Shown here: positions 48,527-63,186 of the stretch, one piece after another
How the letters are laid out: every line of letters starts with the position of its first letter
Numbering within the stretch: position 1 is the first letter of the stretch
Origin: Strigamia acuminata
Lineage: Eukaryota
Reading direction: 5' to 3'
Assembly: GCA_949358305.1 (NCBI GenBank)
Contig: OX442314.1
Span: 16,926,001-16,990,000, forward strand
Length of the DNA stretch: 64,000 nt
The notes under the pieces: generated by a model
The model's input: only the letters and a program-made list of their open reading frames with translations
Database searches by the model: none
What the model was told of the DNA's origin: nothing
Translations under genes and position numbers: made by a program

Positions 48527-50592
48527 TCAAGCGCTCGACTGAGCTTCTGTTATTTTCCACGTGCGAGCCAGGTCCGTTTACATTCTTACAGAAAACAACA
48601 AATTAACAACTCAATAAACCTAAAACAGATAAATTAGTAAAAATATAGTAAACATCCGCCTTGCTCAGTTAGTTAGTAATAGTTGCCTCGTTTGCAATTT
48701 TCTCCGCGGTCTTGTCACCCTGATCGCCCCCTTCTTTTTGACCATTCTCGTCGCTTTCTCTTTTGGGACGGGATTGGCCTCGAGGGCGTCGATTGGGTTT
48801 CCTGCGAGGACGTGGATTATCTGGTTGCATGCCCTCGTTTTCCTAAACCAAAAATACACACAACTCAAATATTTACCCCAATAAATCAATCCTCAATAAT
48901 CCACTACCTTATTTCCTTCTGTATCTGTACCACTCTGGTTGCTGCTGTCTTGGTTAGACCTTGGTCGACGCGGTGGGCCGCGGTAATAGCTGCGGTAAAA
49001 GCGTCGTTGTGGTCGATGCATTCCTCCTGTGCTTCCATCACCATCCTTCTGTTCACCCTGTTTACAATTTTTTTTTAAATATATTTTAAATTAGATTAAA
49101 TTATTTAATAAATTCCTAATTTCAAACTCTAACCTCCGACCCAGGTTCCTGGTCATTTTGACTGGAGCGTTGAGTCCGGGGGCGGCGATAAAACCGGCGA
49201 TAAAAAGGTCTTCGAGGCCGGCGAGGGCGATTGTCGGGTTGACCACCTTCTCCCGAACCGCCATCTCCAGTCTGTTCTCCAGATCCTCCTTCACCTCCTT
49301 CACTATTCTGTTTAAACATAATTACAAAAAAATAAATCATCTTATTTATAATTTACGCTACGATATAAATCGTCGCGTACCGACTGCCGTACTCTACTTC
49401 GTGGATTAACACGAGGAACATAACGGCGATAACGTCTTCGACGATCAGCTGCATACGGACTTCCCTGAACTGGAGACCCGTTTGGTCCAGTTACATTTGC
49501 TGCTTCGTTGCCCTAAATTGAGTTATTATTTATTCAAGTGCAGGCATCAATTCCTCAGCAAGTTTGCTTGGAAAATGCTCGTGGAAGCAAAAAAATGAGC
49601 AATCGAAAACAAATACTTACTTTCTCTCCCACCACCACGTCAAATTCTACTGTTTCGCCATCTCCGACACTTCTTACATACTTTTTTGGATTATTTTTTG
49701 TTATGGCAGTCTAAAAATAAAACAAAAATAAAAAAAAATTAAAAAAAAGTTGAAAAAAAAATAAAAAGTTGAAAAAAATGTTACAACCATCTGCAAAAAT
49801 GTATTTAATAATGTGTTTACGAACCTGATGAACAAAAACGTCTTCTTTGGTATCATTTCTATTAATTAAAAAAAGAAAAAAAGTTTTCAATTTATTGTTA
49901 CGTAACTTTTTCAGTAAATGTGGATACAGCAATTATAGGCCTAACATATCTTATCTCGGGGAGACTATTGAACGTTTAACTATTAAGTTTCCTATTTTCA
50001 AAGAAAAAAAATGATCTTCATTTATAAAAGTCATGTGCAGAAATTCCCAGCAATAGAGCATAAACACTTAGGCCTAAGAAAATCCAAAGAAAAAAGTAAC
50101 AAACATTTTGAGAATAAAATCGAGCGGCATTCAACAATTGCCGAAAATACTCCAAAGTCCCCTCCCCACTGCAAGACTTATTTAAGAATTCTTCACTTAA
50201 TGACCCCAAATGTTTTTTTTAAGCCTATGAACATCGTAAGTTAAGCCTACCGGTTGATAAATCCATATCCGCTCTTAACGTTGAACCATTTTACTGTCCC
50301 AGTTACTTTGGTCGCTAAATGACAAAATAAAATTGACAAAAAAATCGTTAGTTGATAAAAACACAACAGACTGAGTCGAGTTTAAAGTTGGCTAAGTCGA
50401 TTACAACTTAAGAATTCGATTCGAACGAACAAAGGCGTAAGCGGCCGCCGGAAGATGGATTCGCATTTTTCGTTAACGAGAAGCAAATTCATCACCAATT
50501 CGGGCGTTATAATTTCAAGAGTTCAACTCACCGATTATTTTTTTTTCTAACACAGCCTTAGGTTGTTCAGACTGTTTTTCCGGGTCGGACAT
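48527..50592 (-). CDS. YBX1: Y-box binding protein (cold-shock domain, YB-1/Yps family)
   Basis: [69 protein letters not shown] across small exons, followed by Arg-rich basic islands. The last exon and stop are uncertain. Confidence 0.92.
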
Positions 50593-51632
50593 GATGTTAA
50601 GGGTGGTGGTAAAGGTGTTAACGATCCCGTCCTCCGATGTTACTCCGTTCTATAGCTTTGTTCTGTCCCTTCTGAAATGATGGCCCCCAAACCGAACAAA
50701 CTAGCGCTCCGCCTGCATATGATTGGTGGATTGTGTATGACATCATAAAATCATCTCATTTCATTGGGCTAGCCGCTCGGTCAATTGTTTAGGGCAAAGA
50801 TAAAACTATTCATAGACTAAACCCTAATAATACTACATAACCAGCCACATTTTAGTACAAAATAAACGAATACAAGTGTCTTTTTTTTATTCGAATACCC
50901 ATTTGATATTTCTTTTACAAAAAAAAAATATACAAATAAAACCAAGGTAAACTCACTTTATTTTTTTTCACCGTCATGTCTTAAGAAACATGATTTACAT
51001 TAAAATGTTTTGGGAGGTCCACCAGATTTTTAACAATATTGCGGATTGTTCAACAGCAGCAATATACCTATAATGAAATTAGGAACATGTACACATATAG
51101 CGAGAATACAAAAAGAACTAACGAAAATGATTGAGAAAACGTTTCAGCTTCTGCTGATACTCTATTGAGGATTAAAGTGAGTAAAAAAAAAATTTATGGT
51201 GCTACTGATGTTTTACAGGAAAAATAAGACAATAATCGTCATGATATCAAAATAATGTTACTAAGGCTTTCCAACACTCGTGTAAAAAATAGTGGCAATA
51301 AACAAATCGGCTAGAAAAAACAAAATCCAACTTTTCTTTTCTTAATTCCAGTTTTTTTTTCTAAAAACAAACTACTTTTTACGGGAGTTACTTATTAAGT
51401 GCGAGAAAGCCAAAGTTTGAAATTGAATTTTTTTCTTTTCTTTTTTTTCTTTTTCATTTTACATTAACAGGAAACTTTATACAGAACATTTTATCAATTA
51501 TTTCATTTTTTTTTGTTTTTAAGGTTTCTTTTAAACTTTTATTTTTCTTTAACTGTCAAGTTCATTCGTACACCCTCCTCTGTTACTGTACTTTTCATTT
51601 ATACAGGACCACTCCCGTTGTTTCAAATACAT

Positions 51633-52368
51633 TTACGACTTGTCGCCAGCAGTGTTGTTCTTATAAGCCACGACACACTCTTCTCCACAAGATTTTAGAA
51701 CGGTACACTGTAAGATACAATTTTTAAAAAAAAATACAAATTAAGCCAAGTATAAACGCTTTTAACGTGATATTTTTCAATAATTACCAATATATCATTT
51801 CCGGATTCGTATTCTCCTCGTATTTTCTGTCCCAAATCAGCATCAGGCATTTTTAAATCATCACGCACATCACCATTATCGTTCATCAAAGACAAATAAC
51901 CATCATCACTAACAGCACAAAGCTTAATAAAAAAAAATAAAAAGAAGAAAAAGAAGAAAAAAAAAGGAAATTATAAAATTGTTTTTTAAAAAAAATCTAA
52001 ATAATCGAACTTACTTGATAATCCTCACGTTTGACAAAAGGCACATCCATATTATGGGTAGACGGACAAATATCCTCATATTTTTTATTAGAAAATATAT
52101 CTAAACCCACTAAATGAACCTATATTTAAAAAAAGAATTAAAACAAAAAAATGTTTTACAACTCATATTTTGTTCTCCGCTTTAATTTCCATGTTACCTT
52201 CGCATGCCCATGTTTGCCCGTTTTGGACGTGGACATTTCCACGATTTTACACGGGCGGGCTTTGAGCATAACGAAGCCATTTTTGCGGAGTGAAGAGCAC
52301 TGTTGCGGAAAAGTAGCCGACGCACCGGAGTCTCCAGACTCAAATTGGGAATCATCTACATCTGCCAT
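51633..52368 (-). CDS. eIF5A: Translation factor eIF5A
   Basis: Hypusination motif [12 protein letters not shown]. Four exons ending [24 protein letters not shown]. Confidence 0.97.
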
Positions 52369-53103
52369 TGTATTTGAGCTGTCGGGGGTCTAAACAATAA
52401 AAGTTGATAAAGAAATTCAGTCTTTCAAATTATTTCGCTGTTAAAAGTGAAAATTATAGTTTAATACAACAGTTCAACACTAAACGCACACATATATAGC
52501 GATTAAATGGTGTAAATTAACACTTTTATTTATTTAAAAAAGGTAAGAAAGCGTGAAAAAGCAAACGCGTGGCATTAGGCCTAAATCTTAGAATGGCTAT
52601 TTTCGTACAGAGAAACGACATATTTGCTGAAATTCAAATTACCCGAGTTAAAGTCAAGGTTTTCGATTTGTGCACAAATTATCACCTAATTGATCGGCGA
52701 ATTTAAGAGGCAATTTCTTTAAAAATGTGGGAGGATAAATTGTCATGGAGAATCCAATATGGCGGGAAAGAGTCATCAACATTTAGCACCAAACCGGCTT
52801 TTTGTTTTCGCATTGTCTCATTCAGTTAGGTTACTTACATTACAAACAAAAGTCCGCACTGTTGGTAAAAATACTTTTAACAGAACAAATACTCATAATT
52901 GAACATTGAAATAATTTTTAAAAAATTTCAACAGTTAAGATACTTACATGTGACTTTGCAGGAGACGAATAGACGATAAACTGTGCATGCGCACCACGTT
53001 TTCAAAAACTAAACATCTCGCCACTAGAGGTCGCAGGTAACATTTCAAGAAAAAAAATTTCAAAACCAACCTGAGCATTCCAAAAATTAATTGAAATTTC
53101 GAA

Positions 53104-53961
53104 ATGTCCAAACGTTATTTCACACCAAATGAAGTTTTACTTCACAATACGACGACAGATTTATGGGTTTCATTTTTGGGCAAAGTGTGTAATTTAACAA
53201 AAATTTGTCAAGAATATAAAGGTATATACATAAACTCACTTTAATTCAAAGCCGTAATTCAAATATACGTAGAAATTAGAATAAATTGAATTAAAATTCA
53301 TTCAAGGCAGTGATCTCATGAAGCCTATTATAGCATTTGCTGGCAAAGACGTCTCTATGTGGTTTAATCCAAAGAGTGGCGATGTTAGTTCAATTTAAAA
53401 ATGAATTAATAGAATTCTGAATTTCAAAAATCTTCCACATAAACAGCTGAAAACGCACATAGATCAAGACACCGGGCTACGCCAGCCGTTTTTTCCTCAT
53501 GGGCGTTTTGTGCACGGTCCTCCGTCATTTCCTTCATCGGACTGGGCGACCGATTTCGGAGTCCCGTGGTGGAAAAACAAGCATCTCCTTGTGGGCCACT
53601 TGTCAAAAAATGTAAAACGAATCAGAATCATAAATGTGCTAGCCTCTATCGAAGACACGTTAGAAGTGAGTTAAGTTATACAAGACACTCGTTGTAGCCT
53701 TGTTTTCTAAAGAATTTCGTTTCAAAGGTGTGCGCTGAAGAGACTATCAACGATATAAGCGAACGGTACAGAGCCAATTTCAATTCACACGCTCGAAGTT
53801 ACACTTGGAAGTGCGAAGGTTGTTGTCTTGACATGAATAAAACTATGGCCGAGAACGGGATTTTGGACGACCAACCTCGATTTAATCGAGTTAATTTGCC
53901 AGAAGATATATATCTGCCGTCGTTGTTAGTTTTCTACAATGACGACTTAACTGAGGATTAA
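53104..53961 (+). CDS. CYB5D1: Cytochrome b5 domain-containing protein 1
   Basis: [54 protein letters not shown], and C-terminal YNDDLTE. Confidence 0.92.
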
Positions 53962-54074
53962 ATTCAAAAATTGCTCAAATTGGTGCTTAAAAACTCATTT
54001 AATAAATTAACAAAAAGAAAAAGGAAAAAGAAAAAAAAACAGATTAAAGAATTTTTTAATTTCTACTATAAATA

Positions 54075-57000
54075 TTACTTCCATGCTTGGTGCAAAGCTT
54101 TACGGGCTGCCAACTGTCTGATAAGATATGCTCCCAAAATGAGTGAAATCAACACGACCGAAATAAGAAAATGATCGAAATCGTCTTTCAACACGTCGAA
54201 CGTTCGAGATGGAGTAACGCGAGCAAAGAATAGATCTATTGTTTTTTTTTTAAATAAATAAATATTAATTTCAATTGTTACAACAAAATATTTTTCTTAC
54301 CTAGTCCATATGCAAATACTAAGCACGTAGACTCGAGACCCGCTGCGGCGGTACTAATACCGCGAACGTTGTACGAGCTCTGATTGTAATTAATAATGCT
54401 TTCCGAAGGTACGGGGAGCTCCGGCACATACGGATAGATGCTTTCTTCTCTGTGCTCGGAACTGGGAAAAACGGATCTTCGAGGATCAAGTACCGATTTA
54501 GGTAGCTCGACTATTCCGCCGTTGGGCAGAGCAACTACAATGTTTAAAATAATAAGTAATTATGGATCCAGCGACGAAAAAATTATAATAAAACCAAAAT
54601 AAATACATAAAAGATGTTTGCTGGTGATTCCTTTTTCAGTCATTGTGACTGCCATGGCGTTTAAACCTGGAGGAAACAAGTAAGCTTGTCTTTCAACCAT
54701 TGGCAACTGCGGTGGATTCAAGGATGAAAAAGCGGTCGAGTTGCTCTGGATTTTTCCTTCGTACATCTCTAGAACGGTCATTTCTGTGCGTCTTGACTTC
54801 TCATTGAAGTATGCATACTGCAAAAAAATTGATAAACGTCAAGTCTTAGTCTTGTCTTCGTTCATCGTTGCTAAGATTCATACCACGGCCCAATTCTCGG
54901 ATAAGACGGCATGAATTGGTTCTCGACATCGCTTGTGGACAGCACTGAACACTATATTACCCGTGATGACATCGACGAGAATGATTTTAAAAAAAGCTAG
55001 TTTCAAAACGAAAAATAAAAGTTAAACAGATAATATTTTCAATAAAACAAAATGTCGTTACGTTTTAACTGTGAGTCAGTGCCTTTAGCAATTACACCTA
55101 CTAAATTTGGATTGAGGTATTTATATGTGACGCTTCGGTCTCCCATCACACGGCCTTGGGAATGTACATGTTCTTGAAAATTTAAAAAAAAAGCCATAAA
55201 TAAGTTGCTTAACGTACATATGTCAAATTTGATACCGTTCAGTGGTTTAACTACTACGTGTGTAATTGAATGAAACGGTGGTAACCTAATGTTCCACATC
55301 GGCACGGCCATAATTTTCTAAATAAATAATTTATAATTGAAAACACTAACTGCTATAATTCAAATAACTTAGTCTTACTTCATTTTTTAAAGCGAGACTG
55401 AACCCTGTTACTGTACCCTCGTGTTTAGCAGTATATAAATAAAACGAGGACATTGAATCACGTACTCCTTGCGTAGCAGATTCTGGATAAACATGCACCT
55501 AAACACATTATTAGTAATATTACATTTCTTTATTCAAAGTCTACTTACATGACCACTTGTGGCGAGCAAAAGTATTCCTCGCAAATAATCATCCTCTGGC
55601 GGGGGTAGCAACATGACTTGAGCGATTTTGAAATCAAAATTTATAGTTCCAACACCAATTGGTTCTCCAGTTAGCGAATGAAATTGATATAATAATCCGT
55701 TCTTGGTCCGCTAAAGTATTCGTAATTATATTAAAAGCGATTTGAGACTTATTCCCTAGGATTTAATAAGTTTAAAATTACTTTATCGATTCCAACAATG
55801 GCACACTGGGGTGATTGTGAAAAATGAGTGGTTTTTGTTTGAGAGAACAAAGCGAACGGTTGATGAGCACTTGCGTCAAAAGGAGCCAAATTCGGGAAAT
55901 ATCTATGCCAAATAATTTTACCATTTGTGCTGTCCATTCCAAACAACTGCAAAAATTATAAAAATTTATTTTAAATAAAATTAAAAAATTTAAAAACTTA
56001 TTTTTTGTAATACCTTTCCAGAAAGAGTAGCAACTACAATTATTTTGTTAATGTTGAATACATCTCTGGTAAGTGGGGAAGTTGTTTCAGCAGTCATGAG
56101 ATTTCTTCTTGGGTATAAACCGCTGATAATTGACAAAATCGAATTTTCCAGTTGAAACACTTGACTGGTTAGTCTCTTCAACAACATTGTGAGCAAATTA
56201 GCTAGTAATATAAATCAGTATTAGATTTTAGTATTTTTTTCTTTTAGAAACTTTGTTTTTACTATCATCGAGTCTAAATTCTTGTTCAAATTGAATATCG
56301 CTTTCGGACATTGGTAAATCGATCATTTCAACATTAGCTACAGATGCCAGTGCTTCGTCCCTAGCCCAGAGTAATTTACCTAAAAGAAAAATGTTTAGTG
56401 CCATTTGTCAATTATTAAAATTAAAATTTCTGCGTACCATTCAGCTGATACAAAATAAAAGAATCATCCTGTGTTGTAAAGAAAATTCGATGCGATGACT
56501 CGCTTTCTTTGCGAGGGATCATACAAACCCACATCTAAATCAAGTAATAAAAAAAAAAAACATTTATTTAGTTTTCCATTCTAGTTTTTGGTAATTTTTT
56601 TTTCGTTTTACTCTCTCTGGCGTCCCATAATGTTCAGAAGAAACATCGATTTTAAAAGGGGTTCCAGAATCGTGTAATTCGGTCACATTACCCACTTCTA
56701 ATATAATTTGCTCCTGTTTTGTGTAAAAAATTGTTCAGGTAGTTCTGTAAACTCGATTTATATCTAAAAACACCTAACCTTTTTTTTTGCCAATGATAAC
56801 AGTAAATAATCGCCATTATTTTCCACAACACTAAAATCAAGGACCTGTAAAAAGAAAAGAATAAAGATTTAGCTGTCAGTATTAATAAATTTAATTATTA
56901 ATTTTGTTTACGTTTGGTAAATCGCGAACAAATGATATGGCATCGTCTTCAATTTGTCCTAACATTTTGTGCCTAGCGTCGACACTTATACCGAAATACG

Positions 57001-58096
57001 AATTTTTTTCACCAATAAAACTCGACATACTCATAAATTGGGGCCTAAATGTGAAATTTGTTTTCTGAAAATCCTGTAAAAAAAAAATCAAATGACAACG
57101 TAACGAATTCCCTAATCCTTTATGGTATTACCGGAATCTTTGAAACTACAAACATCGCATCAGGGACCATTTTCATTGCGTATACAACTGATGCTTCTTC
57201 TTCTATACACGCGAATAAAGTTTCACGTAAAAATTGACACGATACTAAACGAGAACCCCATGGCACTTCGTAACTCTGAGTCCAAACAACCCAATTTGAA
57301 CTGTAATTTAAAACGGTCACGTGTAGTTGTGAGTCTGAAGAAAGACTTATTGCTACCAATTTTTCTTCACTCGGATTCAGATGATAAAAACTCTTTACAA
57401 CGCTAAATAACAAAAGAAAAAAAAAATTTATGTCAGCAGATTAGCAGTTAACCAATCCCGATTTCAAGTTATTTACTATTCATGCGTTGGTCTAACTATC
57501 GGCAATTCCCAGTTTAAATATCCTGTAGCAATTTCCCAATTTCTTATAATTTTGCCTTCACCAGAAATAACGTATAATTCATCTGAAACGTTCAAAATGT
57601 AAATACAATTTTAACGGTGTGTATACAAACAGTTAATTAACACAACCTTTCCATCCTTGAAAGAATTCAATATCTCCTTTGGGGCTTGCTTCGTATATCT
57701 GTCTCCACACTTGAAAATACAAATATTACGTGTTAACTAAAAAATATATCGAATTTATACTACAATCTAAAAATAAAGCGTACCTGTGCCGCCAGATCGA
57801 AGATTAAGGGATGCGATAACATTTAAATTTGTTCCCACACAAATTCGTCGAGTTACGGGGTTGAAATATACGTGCTCTACTCTTCCTATATATTGTTGTC
57901 TCCTGCAAAGATTTTATATTGCATATTGGTAATCAAACAGGAAACATAAATAATTAGTTGAAAAGTAGCTACTGTACCAATCAAATTTCCCAATTTGATC
58001 TTCGTACAAGCCAGATGTGTTGGGGAAAATATTTAAAAATAATAATATGCATAGTTTGGTTAAAATACTGAATTTGCACACACGCTGAAAATCCAT
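54075..58096 (-). CDS. EMC1: ER membrane protein complex subunit 1
   Basis: Signal peptide + [64 protein letters not shown]-terminal TM segment and QAWK*. Confidence 0.95.
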
Positions 58097-58354
58097 GCTT
58101 TTGCAGGGTGCCGCTGTTAATGGCAACACGATATCATTTCGAGAACATTAGATTGATGCGACACCTAACGAGAATATGGATATACTATAAGTATACTATC
58201 TGAAATTTACATCTGACCTAAGAATTTTTTATTTTTTATTTTGAATATAATTATTTAATTATATTAGTTTCTCAAAAAACAGTAAACAATTATTGATTGT
58301 ATATCTCTGTGGGAAGTGGGTCTTAGTGTTGTGTCAGAGGTTGTATTGTACAGT

Positions 58355-58410
58355 ATGTATGGAGCCTCCATACATGTATGGAGCCTCCATACATGTATGG
58401 AGCCTCCATA
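58355..58410. repeat. Three tandem 19-bp palindromic units (ATGTATGGAGCCTCCATAC)
   Basis: Directly visible. Each unit contains GTATGGAG-C-CTCCATAC. Confidence 0.85.
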
Positions 58411-58715
58411 ATGGAGGCCAGTGAGGTGGTGAGGCCACATATCTCAAAACTTTTGTGTATACATTTTTTTACAGACAATGTGAAAGAATTTTCTTGGATT
58501 AATTTTAATCCCTTTTCTGGTGCGAAAAAACTCAACAATGTTCAACAAGTTTTAAATTCACAGCTACTGTAAAGTCTTTTGAATAAATAATAAATTTTAA
58601 ATGGGAGCAAAAGGAAATACTAAGTCTTAAAAGTTAAAAATAAAATGATCTGAAATTTGACGTTGAAACAAAGAAATAACATCTGGTTTATTAATCTTTT
58701 TATATTTTTTTTCGA

Positions 58716-60519
58716 CTATAAATATTTTGTAATAAAAATTTTTTTATATTCCAATTGATCGCAGTTGTTCAGCTGTTCATCATCTGTGTCGAATGGAGCA
58801 ATTACAACATTTTCACCAATTTTTGAAGCAATGTTTTTATAATCTTCTCTATACACGTTCCTCCGAGAAGAAAGTGATAAGGTTTTTTCATTATCGTTTA
58901 GCTTGCTTTCACTTACGGCTTCTGCTAATTGCACATACAAATTTCTTTTAAAATCGTTTTGAGGGCTACTAGTAATTACATCCGAATCGATTTGGTCTAA
59001 ATCATTCAAAGATAAAGACAGACGATTTCTACTTTTTGTCCAAGTGTCCGAATTGGCACAAATCTTGACAGGACAGTCCTGACAACTTCTATCCGTAATC
59101 TCAGTCATCGGCAGTGGGTTTTCTCGAACATTGTGAAATTCAAAGTCTTCATTTGCAGCCACGGAACCACAAACTGAACTCGTGTCGTCATCGGAATAAT
59201 CTCCAACATAACTATTTCCATTTGTCAGTTGTAAATGCGCATCCAGGCATTTTTCATTCTTAAGAGTATTCAAATGTATCATAAAGTTATCCCGCACTGG
59301 AGTCAACACTATTCCGTTGACACTAGTCCTTTGGAAAGTAGTTGGCCAAACGAGACTATCTTCTTTCACTCCGCTGCAAACCTTAAAAGTGGACTTGTTT
59401 GGAAAGTTGGTGTCGAATAATCGACGAGGAATAACTTTGGCTTCTGACAACTCATTTATGTATTGAAAGGTGTTACACGATTCGGCTAAAATTAAAAAAA
59501 TCTAATAATTTAAAACAAAACAAAAATCATTACCTGATTAAATAAATGTAAAAAAAAATACCAAACGAATGACGAATCAAAGTTGGGCTGCGAAATGTCT
59601 TTTTTAGAGCTGCCCAATGTGTTTTATCAGCTAACACCAAAACAAAAGGCAAAAATAGTGTGTCTGCAAAAGAAAGCCATGCAAATCCATTTTCCAACCA
59701 AGGAGATGAAATTGGTAAAACAAATAAAATAAATATAGTTATTATCTGCAATATTAAAAAAATAAATAATAAAAAAATAAAAATAATTTATGACTGAATA
59801 GCAAACAGCGCGGGAACTAACTTAAGTGCACCGGCCCAACTTACCAAATAAGGCAAATGATGGACAGCGTAGCACGAAAGGGATGTGGCGAAGACGACCG
59901 AGCACTGATTAAGGGGCCGAGTAATGGAAGCATAACGAGAACTCAATTTATAGAGGCAAAGCAAGAGTGCGCACACCAGATGCGACGAAAACGAAAGTGT
60001 CAAAATGAGAACGTACAAAATGGCGAACGGAAAGGGCCATTGAATAGAGAACACAATGCACGAAGGCGTTGAAGTGGCGGAAGAAAAAGGTTCGGAAAAC
60101 CGTGAGAAAATCCCCGAAAGCCCGACACAGATGCACAGTAAGGATAAAAACACAACGTGATAACGAACTTGGTTAGCACTTACGCGATAACGATGACGGG
60201 ACTGCGAATACAGCACACGGTCCACACACATAGAAACCAATATTAAAACCTGCAGCACACGCATTGAAACGAACGACCATACAAAAAACAAGCAAACCGA
60301 CGAAGGAAACGAAGAGCGAAGCAGCAGAAACACTAACGAATAGGAAAACAAGAAGAAACACGAAACGAGCTCTACGGATGTTAAACAAACGATAAATAAA
60401 TGCACAGTGGACCAATGGGTCCGATACGAATGGTAAACAAACAGGGAAGACAACGAAAGAAGAATAGGCAAGGGACACAAACATGTCAGCAGCAACCAGC
60501 TAAGTATGATAGGCTCCAT
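58716..60519 (-). CDS. Orphan 7TM receptor, GPR153/GPR162-like
   Basis: Three exons (about 60519-59845, 59745-59562 and 59485-58716). Multiple hydrophobic helices, CVDRV at the end of TM3, YRVS..QVRYHV, LPFVLVLAD, and a long polar C-tail. Family assignment is by recalled similarity. Confidence 0.65.
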
Positions 60520-61675
60520 TACCAATACATCGCCATGGATCTAACGAGATGAAATTATGGAGTTGAGTCAATGGCCCACATGACGATCTTTCTTTCGTCC
60601 TTGGGAGTTTTTGACCGAGGAGAAAAGGGCGCGAGGTCGATCCGAGAGTAAATCTCCCTCAGGCCCGACTGCTGGAGCACTCGCTTCCGCGTTGTTAGTT
60701 GGAGTGCCCACGTTCGGAGCCCCACACGCACAAACTCGCGTCCGCCTGGTCAAGTGCGATTGCAGGCTCACTAGTGCGCACTCGTTCGCTACGTGGCAGT
60801 GGATTAGTGTTGCATGACGGCACACACCGTGCTCAATCCGTTGCGCTCTTACAATTCGCTCGTGTCTAATCAGAGAAAATGTTAAGGCTAATAAACTTAA
60901 GATGTGGCTTGTTGCTTAATTACACGTTAGTCGCAGAGCTGAGCAGGTGATTGGCAGTTGGTGCAGATGGTGAAGTGGCGTGTGTGGAGGGAAATCGAGT
61001 TCGACCCGGAACTCCACTTATGCTTTCGGGCGAGAAGAATGAACCGACTATACAGAGTGAAAGAATGAGCCGAGTATAGAGAAAAATGTGCAGAATAATC
61101 CCACGACATACTGGCCTCGCTCACATAGAGGGGCGGGTCTCGCAATTGACGCGCACCACGCAACATCGGGATCGCCACGCGCCTTCTTACACACCCATCT
61201 AATTTCATTCAATTTTTATTTAAATATTGAACCACTTTTTATCATACAAAAAAGAAATGCCAAATAATTACTAATCGTGAAGCAAATAAATCGATCCATT
61301 TTCGGTTACTACAACCATATTATATTCTGTACAAATTCGTTAAATTAAAACAATTTCTTTCCTGTATTTATTATTATTATTATTATTTATTATAATTGTT
61401 TTTTTTTTTGTGTTTTATTCTCTTTTTTTTTTAATACAATATAATTCAATATTAATTTATTTTAGTGGCCGTAACGTGAAACGTGAGTCGTTGCACAAAA
61501 TTTGAGTCCACAAATTTGGCAGTGCCAAAATTTTTATTAAATCTGTTTGAAATCAACAGCATTAAATTGATCACTACACCAGAGGTGAGGGTGTCGTGGT
61601 CAATTTGTTTTCTGTTGCCTCATCACAAATGACTCGAATAAAAACGTATCTCAAAGTCTAGTTTCTCAGTGACTT

Positions 61676-62731
61676 CTAACCGGCCCTGCCCGAATCTTCT
61701 TGGGCGCGATAACGTGGTTTCCCATGAGTGAACGGGATATAACGGTATTTGATCATATGCTAAAATGTTAAATGTTCATTTTAAAAACAAAATACCTCAA
61801 AATTTTTTTTTTAAAAATATATAAATTATTACCTTGATTTGCCTTTTCATCGTTATACAAAACAACGTGATGAAATACATGACCAAAATGGGCCAGAACA
61901 CAGGGATATTAAAAGCATCAAAAAATGTGCAAATCATAGCGATGACAACTGCCTTTGTTGCTGAATACCAAAATTTGAATTCTGGCAAACGTCGAATAAA
62001 CGGTCGAAATTCTTCATTAATTTTCGTTGGTAATTCCGGACCATCCTCTGAAATAAATCAAATTTGTTGTAAGTCAGTTTACGATTTATTTTATTTTTTG
62101 ACAAATTCGTGCTGTTTAATACTGAGATCATAAAAAAAAAACAAAAGAAAATTTCAAGATAAACACTTGCAACAACTTAAAACATCTCGAAAACAAAGCA
62201 TAACTAGCATTAAAACATCATCTATCACGCATGAAAAATGCCCCCCATTATTCTATTAATTAGCCATAAAATTATACATTGTCTAAACATAAACATTTGT
62301 TTCAAATGACCAATCATATTACCTATTTCATCCTGCATGGCTGGATCAATTTTAGGCGAGAGAAATGCGATGAACAAATTAAGATGATAAATACCCAACG
62401 CGTAGGTTATAATATACCATCCCTGAAACACAAAAAAATCATATTTATCAACGACTTAACTCGTTTGAATGTCTACATACTTGTAAATAAAAAACTCGTG
62501 CCAAATATAGTAATCCTAGTATCAATGTTGCTGCCCACCGGCCGAGCGTATATGGTGTCCACGAGTCCAACAGCTTCTGATATAACTGAAGTGGATAACA
62601 CTATAGGTAACATTTTATTGTTTCTTTAAACGTGTGTGTATCATTTTAATTTCCTTCACCTGACATAGCCTTCTGTAAGCACGCGTCAATATTCTGGGTT
62701 GTGGTTTAAGAGTGGCCGAGTCGCCCTCCAT
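61676..62731 (-). CDS. RER1: Protein RER1 (Golgi-to-ER retrieval receptor)
   Basis: [65 protein letters not shown]. Confidence 0.97.
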
Positions 62732-63186
62732 ATCGGTGTTTTAGGCCTAAAACGTCTTTTATAGGCTCACAATTTGACTTTTGGTAAAATGTGTGACTTC
62801 CAAGGAACGATCATACATCTGAATTCAGTTAATTCGAGTCTACTCTTTGCTGTTTGCCCAATTGTTTTTGACAAACGTACAATGATATCTCGATGTAACT
62901 TCTCGATTATCCGGCCCAGTCATGGACGCCACGTTGCCAGCCTCGGTTTCACTTTTATCGGTAGCGGCGGCTGGCGATTGAGTCACAGAATAACATTATT
63001 TTGTGATTGAGTTATAAAATTGTAATGTTAATTTTTTTGCTTTTTCTTTTTTCTTGTTGAGTTTTTTATTTGCTTTTTCTTTTTCGTTATTGGATTAAAA
63101 TTAAAATATTAAAATAAAAATATTTTATATTTTAGCGACACCTACTGAGAAAGTGTTCAATTCGGCCAGTCACAACACGCTGCAAC

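Noticed and set aside
58355..58410. Palindromic repeats as a CRISPR or operator array
   Set aside because: Only three abutting units without spacers. Kept as a simple repeat.
60568..61208. Short ORFs upstream of the 7TM gene
   Set aside because: No homology signal; more likely 5'UTR or promoter sequence of the receptor gene.
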